DNA of 64,000 nt from contig CAVTBV010000013.1 of NCBI GenBank assembly GCA_963733095.1, positions 439,705 through 503,704 on the forward strand, read 5' to 3'. Below, piece after piece: positions 62,591 through 64,000 of this stretch. Position numbers and translations under genes: made by a program. Position 1 is the first letter of the stretch. Each line of letters starts with the position of its first letter. Origin of the DNA: Candidatus Bathyarchaeota archaeon. GTDB taxonomy: Archaea > Thermoproteota > Bathyarchaeia > Bathyarchaeales > Bathycorpusculaceae. Below the pieces are notes generated by a model. It searched no databases and had not been told where the DNA came from. It saw only the letters and a program-made list of their open reading frames with translations.

Positions 62591-63319
62591 GTGCGTATTA
62601 TGTTAAACAAAATCAAAACACTAAAAGGTTACAGATTAGACAGCCTTGATGGGGAAATAGGTAAGGTCAAAGAATTCTACTTCGATGATACGTACTGGAC
62701 AATTCGCTATTTGGTTGCCGACTCAGGAAACTGGCTCTCAGACAGGCAGGTGCTGATTTCTCCGCATGCGTTGCTCGCAGTGAATAAAGAAGAGCAAAAC
62801 ATCGCCATTAATTTAACCAAAAAACAAATCGAGGACAGCCCACCATTGGAAAGCGACAAGCCCGTCTCCAGGCAATATGAGAAAACCTACTATATGTATT
62901 ATGGCTGGCCGATGTATTGGATGGGCGGATACCCGTGGGGTCCTTATCCCTACATCGTGCATGACCGTTATGCCTTTTTGCGGGAAGATGCTTTGAAAAA
63001 AGAATGGGATACCCATTTGCGTAGCACAAACGCTGTGAGTGGTTATCACATTCAAGCCTCCGACGGTGAGGTTGGTAACGTTGAAGACTTTATTGTAGAT
63101 GACGATACGTGGGCGATTCGTTATCTAACCATAAATACCCGGAACTGGTGGCCGGGAAAAGAGGTACTGGTTTCGCCGAAACTGATCGAGCGCGTTAGTT
63201 GGAATGCGTCGAAGGTCTTTGTCAATCTTACCCGCGATGCCATCAAGCAGTCACCAGAATACAATGAGTCTCTGATAGAGGTAAAATCTGATATGCCTGT
63301 ACTGCACTCGGGATTATGA
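62591..63319 (+). CDS. Tandem PRC-barrel domain protein
   Basis: DGEIG.V..F.FDD..W.IRYLV twice. Confidence 0.92.
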   Translation: MRIMLNKIKTLKGYRLDSLDGEIGKVKEFYFDDTYWTIRYLVADSGNWLSDRQVLISPHALLAVNKEEQNIAINLTKKQIEDSPPLESDKPVSRQYEKTYYMYYGWPMYWMGGYPWGPYPYIVHDRYAFLREDALKKEWDTHLRSTNAVSGYHIQASDGEVGNVEDFIVDDDTWAIRYLTINTRNWWPGKEVLVSPKLIERVSWNASKVFVNLTRDAIKQSPEYNESLIEVKSDMPVLHSGL

Positions 63320-63698
63320 GATGCAATTGCCTCAATATTACAATCGACAAGACACTGGATATGATAAACTTGTGTATGTTAGCTTCATAGTATAATCTAT
63401 TGGCGAGCGCCCGTTGGGTGAAATCGTCTTTGAGAGGTCCCAAAAGTTGCTGCCTCAAGCGGTGACGAGGAAATGAAACAATCCATCCAGGTCAGGAAAC
63501 ATGCCTTAGATCTTAGTAATTTTTCACTACCTTCTTCACTCATTTTGTATCTCTGAGTTCTAATTGCTGCTATTTAATTATAAGCTTTCAGAAAGAGCAA
63601 ACCTATGGGCTTCCAAAGCTCTGTGGCTGTGTATCTGCAACAACGTGAGTTTAATTAGTCTCTGTAATTACCCCTTACTTGTTTGGAGTTGCTGATTT

Positions 63699-64000
63699 TT
63701 GGGCGCGATAGACCAAGTTATTAATTTTATTACCTCTGGAATTATCGGCGGTATTCCACCATTAATTTTGATGATTATTCCATTTGTTATCGGACTTATC
63801 GTGGGCTATCTAGTACACAAGATGCTGAAGATCGCGATTATAGCGGCCATTATACTGGTCGTAGTTGCTTACTTTGGGTTTTTCGGTTTAAGTCTTGGCG
63901 CCTTAAAAGGCATTGCAGACACATACGGTCCCATAGCAATTCAATACGGAACCCTTCTGATGGGCATTCTTCCACTAGGTATAGGCCTCATTGTTGGCTT
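63699..64000 (+). CDS. FUN14-like membrane protein (runs off window)
   Basis: Hand translation: GLIVGYLVHKMLKIAII...LPLGIGLIVG. Confidence 0.7.
   Translation, partial: MGAIDQVINFITSGIIGGIPPLILMIIPFVIGLIVGYLVHKMLKIAIIAAIILVVVAYFGFFGLSLGALKGIADTYGPIAIQYGTLLMGILPLGIGLIVG

Noticed and set aside
1-64000. CRISPR array, cas genes, reverse transcriptase/DGR, rRNA
   Set aside because: No regularly spaced identical repeats, cas or RT motifs, or rRNA sequence recognised by eye.

Overview
AT-rich archaeal DNA. TATA/BRE promoters, GGAGGTGA-type Shine-Dalgarno sites, TrmB, JAMM and PEF-CTERM proteins and an expanded family of large PQQ-type beta-propeller surface proteins point to Bathyarchaeia (inference from gene content). 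The window is mostly accessory. It holds tRNA-Val(GAC) at 18178-18252 (-). Upstream of the tRNA is a tyrosine-integrase/prim-pol replicon element. Downstream is a decayed island (IS1182-like, IS5-like, gene fragments) that ends in a stack of four co-oriented tRNA 3'-end (NCCA) fragments from different tRNAs. The 25-36 kb zone has five stand-alone PD-(D/E)XK nucleases and no methyltransferase. Other content: a GCGCGC-ended IS family with relics, a 3-copy non-coding repeat, a secreted multicopper oxidase, and a DUF2400-endonuclease fusion next to zincin, JAMM, Hsp20 and DCD-like genes. No CRISPR array or rRNA was seen. All family calls come from motif recognition by eye, not from database searches.
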